A program made the position numbers and the translations under genes. A stretch of DNA of 51,615 nt, filler included, from Dirinaria sp. TL-2023a (taxonomy: Eukaryota): assembly GCA_051941275.1 (NCBI GenBank). It is 2 parts of 2 records of this genome, joined end to end, with 100 filler letters (N's around TTAATTAATTAA, not from the genome) between each part and the next. Parts side by side here need not be neighbours in the genome. Positions count along the whole stretch, not along the records: positions 1 to 25,791 come from JAVEBF010000169.1; 1 more part is not named here. One strand, given 5' to 3'. The first letter of the stretch is position 1. Each line of letters opens with the position of its first letter. Positions 13,581-25,350 of the stretch are shown here, piece by piece. The notes beneath the pieces are model-generated. The model saw only the letters and a list, made by a program, of their open reading frames with translations, was not told the DNA's origin and did no database searches.

Positions 13581-15016
13581 TCACCACTGCTCCCAAACTG
13601 CCCTCTCCTCTGCAGGCATTAAGCTCGGAACCCATGCTGTATCTGCCGGCACATAGCCTACTCTCGCCATGCTCAGCCCCCGCACATCTCTCAAGCGTCT
13701 CATCTCGGCCAGAAACCGATTCCCAACATCGGCCCAAGTCCCCCTTTGAAGCCCAACGGTAAATAATCTTACTCTTTTCAGGCGCGCCTTATTCGGTATC
13801 GTCAAACTTACTATACCATCAGCGTCGAGGATCAAGTATTCGATGGTCAGATGAGTGAGGCAAGGAAGGGGCGGAGCACGGAGTTCGACGAGCGATGGAG
13901 TGCGATCAAAGGCGTCGAAAGACACTGGGCTGCGGAGGATTAAGGTTTCGAGGTTTACGGTGTGACAGAGGATATCACTGAGAGGTTGAGCGAGACCCGG
14001 CCGAGGAACCTCAGGGAAGAGGATGTCAAGAGTAGTTATGCCGAGCGCAAGTAAATTGGTAGGAGATGGTGATGTGGAAGGCGAAACCGCTGACCACGAC
14101 CCTAATACCCAGCTTTGGAGCATCTGTAGTGGTGACTGAGGTTGATCGAGGGATGCATTTGAGCATCGGATGGTGGAGACCAGAATTTCAAGATCTGACG
14201 GGTGAACCTGCTCGATCTTTAGAACCCGCAATTGAGATCTCCTGTTTCGGACAAGATAATTGCCCAGTCCAGTGCTGAGATCCTCGGCAATAGTGTTGAA
14301 AACGGGCCACTCTCTGGCCGTAGGATAAGTAAACACTAATTTGCGTAGGTTTGGAAATTCATGCATCGCAGCGAAAAAGATCGATTTGTGAAGGGCAGAG
14401 CCAACACTTTTTCTTCCGAGAAGCCACTCGTAGCAAGTCTGAGCATAATATGACAAGCTTCCGTGATCAGGTGAGAGGAAGAAGCGCTGTTCGTCGAAGT
14501 GGGCTTTGATACGTTGACGCATTTCATGTTGCGCGATAAGCTCGCGGCGTCGTGGCCCAGGGCCGTAGGAGTCCAGAAGCTCGTCGTAGTACTCATCAGG
14601 ACTTGACTTGACGACTATCCACAGAATATATGAGCTGGGCTCTGTGGGATCGAGAATATCATGTTGATTATGAGAGATAACGACTCACCCGGCGCTGTGT
14701 GCACGATGTAGGGTTTGAGCACATACTCCTTCACGGCTGGACGAATAAGGTCAGATTCGGACATGCACCGCAAGCGCCTCGCATTGCTGAGATCGATTCT
14801 GTCCAGAACGATCTTTGAGAACAGCAACGGAGTGGTAACGTTGGCCAGAAAGTTACACGAGCGGCGCAATGATAGTAGAGTTCTTTTCGGTGCCGTATCT
14901 CTCGCTTGCAGGCCAGTCCAAGGTTGGAGAATCGTGGGTCTGATGACTTCCTAGTATTCTTGGTTCACAATGTCGACAATCTGTAGCAGTATATCATGAC
15001 CAAATGTAGGAGTCAT
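13581..15016 (-). pseudogene. F-box/LRR-like gene with in-frame premature TAG
   Basis: ATG 15016 MTPTFGHDILLQIVDIVNQEY*EVIRP..TLLSLRRSCNFLANVTTPLLFSKIVL (fungal F-box-like). TAG at 14953-14951. Intron 14688-14615 joins in frame to LRR-like repeats (FPNLRKLVF, NLETLIL, LPCLTHLTI, RLKRVRL). Confidence 0.65.
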
Positions 15017-15877
15017 GATGCGCCTAGAACGCGAAGCGCAGATCTTTAATCAACCACCTTTGCAAGTAAACAAATGATACAAGGCCGTTTCTGTTGGAGA
15101 CCTTAACTAGACTGTTGGTCCTTGAAGGATTTCAGAGAGCCTAGGTGTATTTCGTGCTCAAGGCAAATTACTTTTTACACTGTGGCTTATCAGTTAGGAT
15201 TGCTGTTGAGGGTGAAGGTGTAACTGTCCCTGAGGGTAATTTAGTAGGCAATAACATGCATGGAAATCTCTTATGAGTCTACTTAGAGAAGTGTAGTCGA
15301 CAAAACAAAATGGATGTTGTGATGTATGTAGAGCGGGAAGATTTGTCTTGGGGAAGGTAGCATAGCTCCGCCACGGGGAAAGAGCGATCCCTGATTATTT
15401 GTTGTGAGGTTGAATATTGAGCGGCAACTAAGGTACGCTGAAGAAACGAATACCTGATGCGACCTGATGAGATTTTTGGCCATCAATCGTGTTAAAAGTC
15501 TTTCTGGTGAGGCTTCCTGCGGTGAAGCCTTCTACGCGGTGAAGCCTTCGAATGAGGGAAACCAGATTTGAAGGAAGAGGACAGAGGTACAGTTAAACTG
15601 GGTTCAATCTATCGAGGGTCTTATTGGAAAGTGACTTGCATGCATTGCTAACTCTAAGAAAGTGGGTGCTGACTATGGTTTAAATAGTGGGGGGAGGTGA
15701 CTGAAGCGACAACATATGCATGCAACAACTCCTAGCATGCAATACTTCCAACAGGTCTAATAAGTAACAAGCTATTGTGAAGATGGTTCTAAAAGCACTA
15801 GACCTAGCTGGTTCCGATAGACCTGAAATTCAGGAGGCTCGCTCCACGTTAGGTCGTAGCAGTGGTCGCCCTCTTTG

Positions 15878-16606
15878 CTACTTCCACCCGTTCTGTGCAT
15901 CATATCCATTTTGCGGACTCGTGTTCTTTGCACTTACTACTGTACCATACTTCCTCAGGTCGTAGCATTGATCACCCACTCTGGGTTTCGAGCGTGCAGA
16001 CGGCGCTTTTAGGGCTTTCACCTTCTTGGTGCATTTGGTGTCCGAATAAAGCGTCAGCTCGTCAAAGTCTGCGTAAACTGAACGAGAATTAGCAAGGTCC
16101 TACTAAGGAATTCGAAATCTAGAGGGAAAAAGACTATACTAACAACCAACACGTAAGAGTGTCTTTCCGGCTACTGTAGTGTCACAAATGCCGGGGCTAA
16201 ATTTAACAATATCCATGTCGACGCAAGCATTCGCACCGCGCTTATCCAGAACACATTTCCATTTTCCGTGGACTAATCTCGATTGTCCATTGGGGCATGT
16301 GGGGACAATGACATCGAGGAGGTTTCGAGGGTTCTTTCTATAGTGTTAGGAGACCCGCGCTTCACAAGGTGAACAATCAATGAGACTACTTACCTCATTT
16401 TGAGGTTCCTGGCGGCGTACAAGCTCGTCATTCGAGGTCACGTAGGGCAGAGTGGAGTGCGCAGAGATGACAGGCGGCTTAGATGCTGGCGGTACGGCTG
16501 AAGTACCCGCGGGAAGGAGTTCAGTGGCTGTAAATGAATTTGGCGGAAGCGCGTATGTATATTGGAGGGCGCTTCCCAGGCTCAAGATTGTCGTTAAGGA
16601 GATCAT
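15878..16606 (-). CDS. Small secreted protein, ~200 aa, 6 Cys, with propeptide (effector candidate)
   Basis: Exons 16606-16394, 16333-16144, 16077-15878 give a continuous frame. Signal peptide MISLTTILSLGSALQYTYA, dibasic LVRR, then ..VPTCPNG..WKCVLDKRGANACVD..GICDTT..LYSDTKCTKK..DQCYDL..GWK*. Needs the AAG acceptor at 16334. Confidence 0.7.
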
Positions 16607-17973
16607 GCTAGTAGGTATTGTGCGCCCGATCGCAATATTGCGGATTTGTGATCTCTAGGTTTTGGATGCTAGAGTGAGTGTGGGTTGATTCTTTTCTTCA
16701 AGGATCCAGATCTTCTTTGAGGAGTTATATACGGCAAAACGAGGGAATTGCGGTGGGAATCGACAGGAACGATACTTATGAATTGGATAGAGAATGTGCA
16801 AACCGAGGTTCGAAGAATGTCTTTGTGAAGGGAACTCCGTTGTCTTCGGCTTCATTCTCTTTGTCTTCCATACAAAGTTCATTCAGACCAACAGAAAACA
16901 GTTGCACGTGATCAGAAAACAGATTTCTGCGACATTACTTTGTTCCTTTGACTGACGCGCTGATGGTCATTATCCATACCAACACTTAAGTGTAGAAATA
17001 GGGGCTACGAGGTGTTTTGGCACCATATCTGCTGGTGCATAAGCTCTTAACGCTTCTCTAAAATGGAAGTTGACACTAGGAAATGGATGGTATCCTGAAT
17101 TCTAGTATTACTCCTCATTTATGCTCCCTGTATCGTTTGACTTCTTCGCTGCTAATGGTGCGGCATGAGAATTGCAAGCGTCCTTGGTGGAAGATATTAG
17201 AAGGTGAGCATGAACCTCGGCCGCAGAGCTACCACTGGCTGTGAGAGCTCTAGGTGACTTATTGAAGTCAATCAGCTTCTGGAAACTGATGCAGGACCAC
17301 ACTAGATTTGACGAATCTAAATTCGAAGAAAAGTGAAGATTTCAACGCCAGGCGAGACATGAACTTAGTGCCGTATGAGCGCCTCAACAAGATACTTCAA
17401 TGCCCATCTCCGATTCATCAAGCAAACGTGATTTACTGCTAACTTCGAATGGAATTGAAGGCCAGCAACCCTCGACATCAAGTGAACAGGTTGTTTCGTA
17501 CACTAACAAGTAAATTGTAATGTGCTGTTCCCGGTGCTATACTGGACCTGCTTGAAACGCTAGCAAAAGGTGTTTCGAAAGGAGCAGAGAGTTTGACATG
17601 CTAATCAGTGTTTTCTAGGGCTGGCACCGACTCAAAAGCACCGTATTCCCGATGAGCGATGGATGACGCTGCCATCGCAAAGGCCAACCTAGGTCTTTAC
17701 ATAACGATTTCTGTTGGCGGTGGCCGATTTTGGTGATAATAAAGTCAGCACCGCTAGAAGGGTCGGTGTTGGGGTTGTGGATTTGATGCCCAGAGCCCTG
17801 CCAAGACTCTAGTAAAAGGTAGAACTGACGCTGACGTAACTCTGCAGGTGGTGGCTGTTGATCTGAGTTTGAACTAAGCCAAATTAAGTTCATTACTATG
17901 TATATGCGAACAGGACACTTCACTCTACTCAGCATGGACTGGGACAATAATAGAGTAGTCTGGAGGGCTATCG

Positions 17974-19924
17974 ATGATGGAGGATCGTGGTCGCCGAAGG
18001 TATGAAAGAATAGATGATGACGGGTCGCCTGACTACGATGCCGACGATGCCGCGGAGCACGACCACTCTCCAACACCCACGTCCGACCCATCCAAGAGAA
18101 AATCGCCGCGGACCGGTACAGGCCAGGAAAGTCATAAAATAGTCTCCTTCGACACTGGTCATGAACAAGCCTACGATTCCAGAGCGCAAACCCGATATTT
18201 ATTGAACAGACAACTCTTTCGATGGCTCGGAACTGCCTTCTTTGCGAGCTTCTTTGCGATCTCCTTGAAGATATATGCGATGAAGGGTGTGATAACACCA
18301 ACACAGAAAGCGACCTTCAACGCGATAATTACGGCTTTGAGCCTGGGCCTAGGTCTCAATTTTTTTGAGGCCTTCAAGGATCTGGCCAAGCTCCTGAGAT
18401 GGCGGTTCCTTGCAGCAGGGCATCATAGCGTTCGAGAGGTGGATTTGATCCTGGGCATTGAGAATCTTGTCACCGTCTGCAGGCTTGGCTGGGAATCTCT
18501 AGGGAATAGAAAGCTGTGGCAATTCTTATTTTCCTTGACGTGGATACTGCTCAACCTCTCTGCACAGGTCTCGGTTGCCTTAGTAAACTTGACGTATTCG
18601 CTGGACGACGGCACAGATTGGAACGGCACTTACACGAGGGAAGGAACGGTCAATGTAGCAAATCTCTCGTGCTACTTCCACAACCAGGATTGCCCTTCAG
18701 ATGACCACGAAGATATCGTACAAGCCACTGCGCATGCTTATGGAGAAGTGTCTTCTGGGACCGTTTGCGGGCCTTACAACACCACCGCAGATATCTTGCA
18801 TTCCAGGAATGACTATGAATACTACTGCCGGCGGACGCCAGGGAATCAACAGTTTGCCTATCGCTTCTCTGAATACAACCCAAGAGATCTGCAAAGGACG
18901 CATCCCCACTTCACCAACCGAATTGTTACTGCCTCAGCGGGCCAGTGCTTCCAGTACTCACAGGTAAATCTTACACTTGCGCCCGACCTTAATGGCTTAA
19001 TGAATGCATGGAACTATACTTTCACGAACGGCTCATACACCAGCTCTATTCGGATCCCAGTGAACATGGAAGCCGTCAACGGCACAGCATACGTCTACCG
19101 GAGCGCAGTCATTCCGCAAGAAGCCGTGACGTGGAGCTGTGGCCCAAGATGCATGTGGTTATGGGCACACAAAAGCTTCGGTGCTGGCGAACCCTCGACA
19201 TTTTACCAGTGCCCCATCACGGTTAGTCAAGTCAGCAATGTTACCCATCCTGGGCAGAACATCACGGACGGAATTGCTCGCCTGGCTGCTTCAGCCATTG
19301 GGCTGCAGGGAAGATTCGTCGGTTCGCCCCCCAATCGGACCTGGACACAGTACCAATTCTATCCTTTTGGGTATGGACATGATCCTGGAGCCCTATATGT
19401 TGTCACTTAAAGGCTGACCTTTGTCACGTAGGAGCCAGTGGGAAGTCCACTTTAAGAACGCAGACGCCGTGGGCGCCAATATGGCCGAATTTGCGATCGG
19501 TTCCATCTCTACCCTTGTGACCAGGAACCCGCAAATTGCAATGCAAGGCACCGTACCTTATCTGGGCAGTCGCATCAGAGTGCTTTGGGGATACGCTATT
19601 CCATTGCTCGTATCTATCGCAGGAGTGCATTTGGTTCTGTTCGCTACTGTAGTCTATGCGTCCCGTGTGGTGGTTATCAGGGATGACTCAAATCTATCTA
19701 CAGCTCGACTGCTGCGCACTCTGATCGATCACTTGGGTGCATCTGGGACTCTCCTCGATGGGAACCAATTAAGTCGGGCCATCACTCCAAGCGTAGCTGA
19801 TGGAGTCGTCTACGGTCCACGGCATGATGAAATTTCTCAGCGTTACTCTCTCGGAATGGCGAAGGACGTCACGCCTCGCAAGGAGCTGCCGAATAGCAGA
19901 CATCCCGACGGAATCTACCTCTGA
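17974..19924 (+). CDS. Uncharacterised multi-pass membrane glycoprotein
   Basis: Exons 17974-19370 and 19432-19924. About three N-terminal hydrophobic helices, a large Cys-containing loop with many NxS/T sequons, and one C-terminal TM helix (WGYAIPLLVSIAGVHLVLFATVVY). Confidence 0.85.
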
Positions 19925-20062
19925 TCCGTCAAGTAGCTCAATGCTGGATCCGAATGAAGTACCAACGCAGACGAGGACTTCATTCAACAGAACCGCATTA
20001 CAATCGTATCGCCAAGTCCACGGAATAGCTATCTCATTGACTATTCAATGCCAATTACTAAT

Positions 20063-21844
20063 CTAAGGCTCAGCCTCCTTCATATCGCCCTTGAATCTTT
20101 CCATCGCCCTCGCTTTTGTTTCCTTCCAATCAACATGCGGCTCAGGGTAGCCCAGTTTTTTGAACTCTTCCTTCGACAACCTATTGAACGGGTCGAAAAT
20201 CGCCTTTCCCTGGACATCTCGCAGCTCTGGGACCCATTTTTTGATATACTCTCCGTCAGGATCGTTCTTCTCCGCCTGACTCACAGGATTAAAGACCGTA
20301 TAGCTCGGTTCCCAGCCCTGAGTGTTGTTCGAGAGATCCCAATCGATAAGCGTCTCTGCAAAGTAGCGTTCACCGCGACGATAGTCGAGGAGGAGGTTAC
20401 AGTAGAGATACGAGGACACATTCATGCGTAGCCGGTTATGCATGTACGCTTCGTGGTTGATTTGTCGCATTCCGGCGTCGACAAACGGCATACCTGTCTT
20501 CCCTTCTTTCCACTTGTACCAACCTTCTTCGTCTTCTTCCCACCGGACAAAGTCAAATTTCAAGTTCTGCGGCAGATTCATTACTGTATGAGGAGTGGTC
20601 AATGTCGTCTGGCGATAGAGTTCGCGAAAGACGACTTCGCGAACCCAAGCCGAGACACCTGGAGTGCTTCCTCCACTGCTGAAGTCGGTACTGTCGGAGT
20701 TGTACGCTTTCACCTTGGAGAGCGCTTGGCGCACGCTCACGACGCCGGCGGAGAAGTAGGCAGACATGCGGGACGTACTGCTTTTACCAGGATTACTCCG
20801 AGTTGCTGCGTAATCTTCAATGTAACTTTCTATGAAATCGTCCATACGTTTTAAGCCCGCTTTAGTTCCTGCTGGCCATAGGGCACGGATACGCTCGCGG
20901 TCCTTTTCTGAACCGAACTGCTTATTATCCGGCACCGGAGGTATCTTGGTGTCAAAGAGGGCTGAGAGGGATTTTGTCCTCGATTTGTCTTGCTTCTGAG
21001 GCGGAGAAACAGTATCAAGAAGATCCGGATTCTCCTTGACGTGGGCTAGCCAAGCGCGGTGATATGGTGAGAATACCTTCATCGGTCCGCCGCTTTCCGT
21101 GGTCATTGTGCCCGGCTCTACCACGCACTGATCATGATGGAGGGAAACGTATGCATCAGTTCCTGCTTCGGCCAAGAACTTTATGTCACGCCGCAGCTCA
21201 TCGACTTCGTATTCATAGTTGGCGAACACATTGGAAATGGAATTCTCCTTTACAAAATTCGTGATCGACGGGACAATGTCTTTCCGGTGTTCTGCGTTCA
21301 CAACGACCAACGGAATATTCAGGCTCTTGAGCTCTGCCTGCATGATCTGAAGGTTCTCGCGGATGAAGTCGACCCGGGCGGGGCTTGTACCGTGCCATTC
21401 AAACTCGGGACCGCAATGCACGTACGCGCAAAGAAGAGGTTTTCCTTTGTCCTGCGCCAACGAGGAGGCATGATGGAGGCCAATATTATCTTCGATCCGG
21501 AGATCCTTGCTGCGAAACCAGTGCAACACGTTGGACACATTGTCTTTCACATTCTGGCTTTCGAGATGCTCCCTGAGCTCGTCGTAGGGCAGATCCTGAT
21601 CAACTTCTTTGGCGCGTTTCGTCGACGGCCGCTTCACCTCGGGATGCTCTGGGACCTCGCGCTTCGACATATTCGACGATTTCGAAGATTTCTTACGAGA
21701 TGAAAGCGATGTGCTATAAGAGAAAAGTCTTTTATGATGGGAGATGTAACTTATCAACGCCGGCTGGACTGCAAGCGAGCGATAATTACTAGAGAGCTTA
21801 GGCTGTATATATCTAGGGGGTACATAACACCACATAAATTGCAT
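20063..21844 (-). CDS. DNA photolyase/cryptochrome family protein, class I CPD photolyase-like (divergent)
   Basis: Intronless ORF with HWFRSKDLRIEDN, EYEVDELRRD, TSRMSAYF, GKTGMPFVDAGMRQ, YMHNRLRM, FNPVSQAEKNDPDGEYIKKWVPEL. Alternative start at 21670 (MSKREV). Confidence 0.92.
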   Translation of the reverse strand: MQFMWCYVPPRYIQPKLSSNYRSLAVQPALISYISHHKRLFSYSTSLSSRKKSSKSSNMSKREVPEHPEVKRPSTKRAKEVDQDLPYDELREHLESQNVKDNVSNVLHWFRSKDLRIEDNIGLHHASSLAQDKGKPLLCAYVHCGPEFEWHGTSPARVDFIRENLQIMQAELKSLNIPLVVVNAEHRKDIVPSITNFVKENSISNVFANYEYEVDELRRDIKFLAEAGTDAYVSLHHDQCVVEPGTMTTESGGPMKVFSPYHRAWLAHVKENPDLLDTVSPPQKQDKSRTKSLSALFDTKIPPVPDNKQFGSEKDRERIRALWPAGTKAGLKRMDDFIESYIEDYAATRSNPGKSSTSRMSAYFSAGVVSVRQALSKVKAYNSDSTDFSSGGSTPGVSAWVREVVFRELYRQTTLTTPHTVMNLPQNLKFDFVRWEEDEEGWYKWKEGKTGMPFVDAGMRQINHEAYMHNRLRMNVSSYLYCNLLLDYRRGERYFAETLIDWDLSNNTQGWEPSYTVFNPVSQAEKNDPDGEYIKKWVPELRDVQGKAIFDPFNRLSKEEFKKLGYPEPHVDWKETKARAMERFKGDMKEAEP

Positions 21845-23782
21845 ATAAAAAATGGTTGGAGAAGAATGTTAATGGCTGCGAGAAGAAAGCAAGTGAAGGT
21901 TGCCCTTGCATATTACTTAAGGTACGAAACTGGTACCTTGCAGTCTTGGCTCGCTTCGGCACACAGAGATCGTGACGTCACCACGGCAGCCACAAAGTTA
22001 ATCTGCTTTGGGATGCCAAGAATTCACATCAAGCAGTCTCGGCATCCTACTTTAGTCTTCTTCACCATGCTTCATTGTCCCTCTGCATCAGGTGCGTGAT
22101 GAGACAGACTGTATACGCAGTCCGAACGACGATATATATGTCGAGCATCTCTTCACTCTAGGTGCGTGAAGGTCAGGATCCCCGCAATTTAAGTCCCACG
22201 ACAATATACAACACACTGCGCTCGATCTATGATGGGGCTGATGCCTCTATGGCAGATTCAATACTGATAAAACACCCGCAAAGGCTGGCATCAGATGGTT
22301 TGCGATAGCAAAGCCAGATTGAAAACTTCCAGTCGCCTTCGCAACAACACTGCCAACTAAGGCATACCTGGACAATCCGGTTATGACAACCGGATCAAGG
22401 CGGAATCGGTCTAAACCTTCGTCGAATTGAACGCTTACGGTATCTCCTCAAACTCTACAGGACCAAGCCGTTTCTTTGGAGAACTGTTGGCAGCATCTGA
22501 CGATGTTGCCCGCGTGCCATGGATATTTGACTCAGTGCTCCAGAAAAGTCGAATCCAATGGGGATACAGCTGCACTGAAAGTCGTCAGATCCTGACTTAA
22601 TCCAATTGCTCGGTATGGGTTTACTAAAGGCCTATGATAAATGCAATGAGAACTCGACTGCCAACAAAAAAGTTTACGATGAGTAAGTTTTGGCCATTTG
22701 CAAATATAGGATTAATAGGATCTTCGCAAAACATCGCAAGGCTCCAAAAACCAGGGTCTGCCTATCATAAGACGTTCAAAAGTCCCATCAATAATTAATC
22801 ATCATATAAGAACTGCATTGAAACCCCGCTCTTACAGAGACATGCATGAATGACACAGGCTCTTTCGAGCTACGCCATTCAGTTGATCCGATGACCACTT
22901 AACTGTTCCGAGGAATGAGAAGAAGCAAGCGTTTTATAACCTTTATGCTATTCGAAGAAATTAATCTTCACTTCCCACATTGAGTTTTCGAAAGCGGTAG
23001 TAGCAGAGCTATTTGCAACAGCGTTGGCTTTTTGTGGCGCGGAACGGCTTTTTAAACAGATTCCTTTCTCATTAATATTTTGTATCTCTTGATTGTGAAT
23101 TTATCTTTTCTGGATTACATTTTGCAAACTTCAAAAAACCGACGTGATTATCTATTGCTGTTTCTTCTTCCCCTGCATCTTTTCAAGAAGCTAGGAAATA
23201 AGTTATAGCTACTTGGCAGCGTTCGTGTTTCCCCGCTGCACTTGATCTGGCTCGTACATATTTATTCTCGACATTTGATCAGTCGTGATAAGAGCCAGGT
23301 AACACATCGAGACGTCTTTTGAGGTGTTGGTGATGCATATGTGTGTTTTCGAACATCTTCGTGTTCTAAGAACGGTGTAGAACAGGAGCCATTATAAAAA
23401 TTTTTATATCTCTGTCGATATTATATATCCTTACATACTGAACACCTATAATGTTTCTCGTGCACAATACTGGGTAATCAGCATTCAGCTTTTCCTATTT
23501 CAATTGACGAAGATCACTCCAACAAGCCAGGTAACAGCAAGCCTTCTCCTGCGATCTATACCCTACAGCAGACTTTTTATCCACAATTCCATCCTTGTAT
23601 GCTTCTTCACCGCTACACTTCCAGAGCAGAAGATCTGACTACACTTAACACGGTCTCTACGTAAGAAATAGGAATTCTGGATTGTCGTCCAGTATTCCAC
23701 CTTCATACCAAATTCTGCGTGCTAACGGGCCTCCTGCTTTGGTCGCGGCCCCTGCTCCAGCGACTGCTACAATTCAGCTAAT

Positions 23783-24608
23783 AATGCAGCGCTTTCCAAC
23801 GCGGTCCGCGTCCGCACTCAGTATGAGGGCAAACGTGGCCCCCGCGGATCGCTCGCCCTCTGGCCGTTCTTCGGGATTTTCAACTTGGCAACTCGGCATC
23901 ATCATTCCCATCTGCGTTGTCGTCCTTGTCGCCGTCGCTATAGGGTTTATATACCAGTCTTGGAAGAGAAGACTACTTCCCAAGCCCCAACCCAGTGAAC
24001 AGAAGAAAAGTTCTTCACAGCACATGCCTGAGCCGCCTCCGATCCCACTGACAAGACAAAACGTTCAGCGACATCAAACAGATAGTACCGGCTGGCGCGC
24101 TTTACCTTCTGTTCGTCAGACTGATTTGGGTCAACTCCCTTCAAAGCAAAATGGAGATCGAGGAGCGTCGCCAGGACGAGCACATTCGTCGCCTCCTGCT
24201 GCAGTGAGACAAAAGCCAAAGCAGGAAGCCTCTCCACTTGAGCACTCAAAGGAACGGCAAGTCAGACAGCACAGCGAAACCCTCTTATGCACGCCTCGTC
24301 TGAACCGCCAATTGTCACCGACCCGGAACATTCGCGGTAATGGAGCCTCAGGCGCTGCGCAGCAGCAGGTATACATCGACCTGCGTAAGGCTCAGAACAT
24401 GAGCGTCCACATCTCCTCCAACCATCCACACCCAGAAGCCTGCAAACGATTCCCGAAGCATTCAAGAATCGACAGCGGCTACGAATTCACGGACTCTCCG
24501 AGAAAAAAACAGCGCTCGCCTGATCAATTACCCAACGAAACACGTCCCGAACTGCCTGGTGAACCGGACTTTATCACACCGCTCGATTTTGCAAAGTACC
24601 GTCGCTGA
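23783..24608 (+). CDS. Hypothetical single-pass membrane protein with disordered cytoplasmic tail
   Basis: Long open frame with TM segment WQLGIIIPICVVVLVAVAIGFIY followed by basic WKRR and a P/Q/S/R-rich tail. Start uncertain (first ATG 23783). Confidence 0.6.
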
Positions 24609-25350
24609 GGCGAGGTCGTTCGTTGTCTTTCTCGCTTTGTTTCTATTGATTTGAAATTGAACTATCAAACGCCACTCATATCGCTGTCCGTATCAGCATG
24701 GCCAATGCGGAAAACCTGGCAAGGAGATCTTCAGAAATTGACTGGGAATGACCCGTCGCTCTCGACGCTGAGGACGAAAAGCGAAAAGGTAATGATGCAT
24801 GTTCAGATCTGATCCACGCGCTTCGCGCACGTCATCTTTGGTCAGCCTGGCTCATCGCTGGTTTAAGGCGCGCTTCATATAGGCCACCGCTTTTCAAAGA
24901 AAAAGCGAAGATATAGATTGTGGCTTGAGTATAAGAAAACGTTGCTGAGGGTCCTGTGGTGGAGATTGGTCTATGATGCAAGAGTCAGCTATGGTTATTG
25001 GTTAAAGATTACCTGCGGTAGGAAGTAGATTTTGTCTTTAGGACCGAAAGGGTTCGATGACTGGAATTGTTTTTGACCCATGGCAGTGGGTGCGGGCTAG
25101 GAGATGGCAGAAGTTGAGAAAAGGGACTTCTTACATTGAAGGACAAGTGGGAAGGTGAGATTAGAGATATAGAGCCTACGGGAATTACACCAGGGTAAGG
25201 GGCTAAGTTAGGACCTAATCCAGGGAGAATATGAATGGATGCAGATTTGTGCTATTTTTTCTTGGTTCGTGAATTTCTCAATGTCTAGGAAGATGTTGCA
25301 AAGGGATTGAGGATCTGACCCGGAAAAAGACGTGGACAGCTTACATTTTT

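Noticed and set aside
15518..15550. Tandem GCGGTGAAGCCTTC repeat
   Set aside because: Two to three short copies only, with no unique spacers; not CRISPR-like.
22100..23680. Long intergenic stretch upstream of the photolyase as a possible TE relic
   Set aside because: No ORF, TIR/LTR or recognisable transposon motif found by eye.
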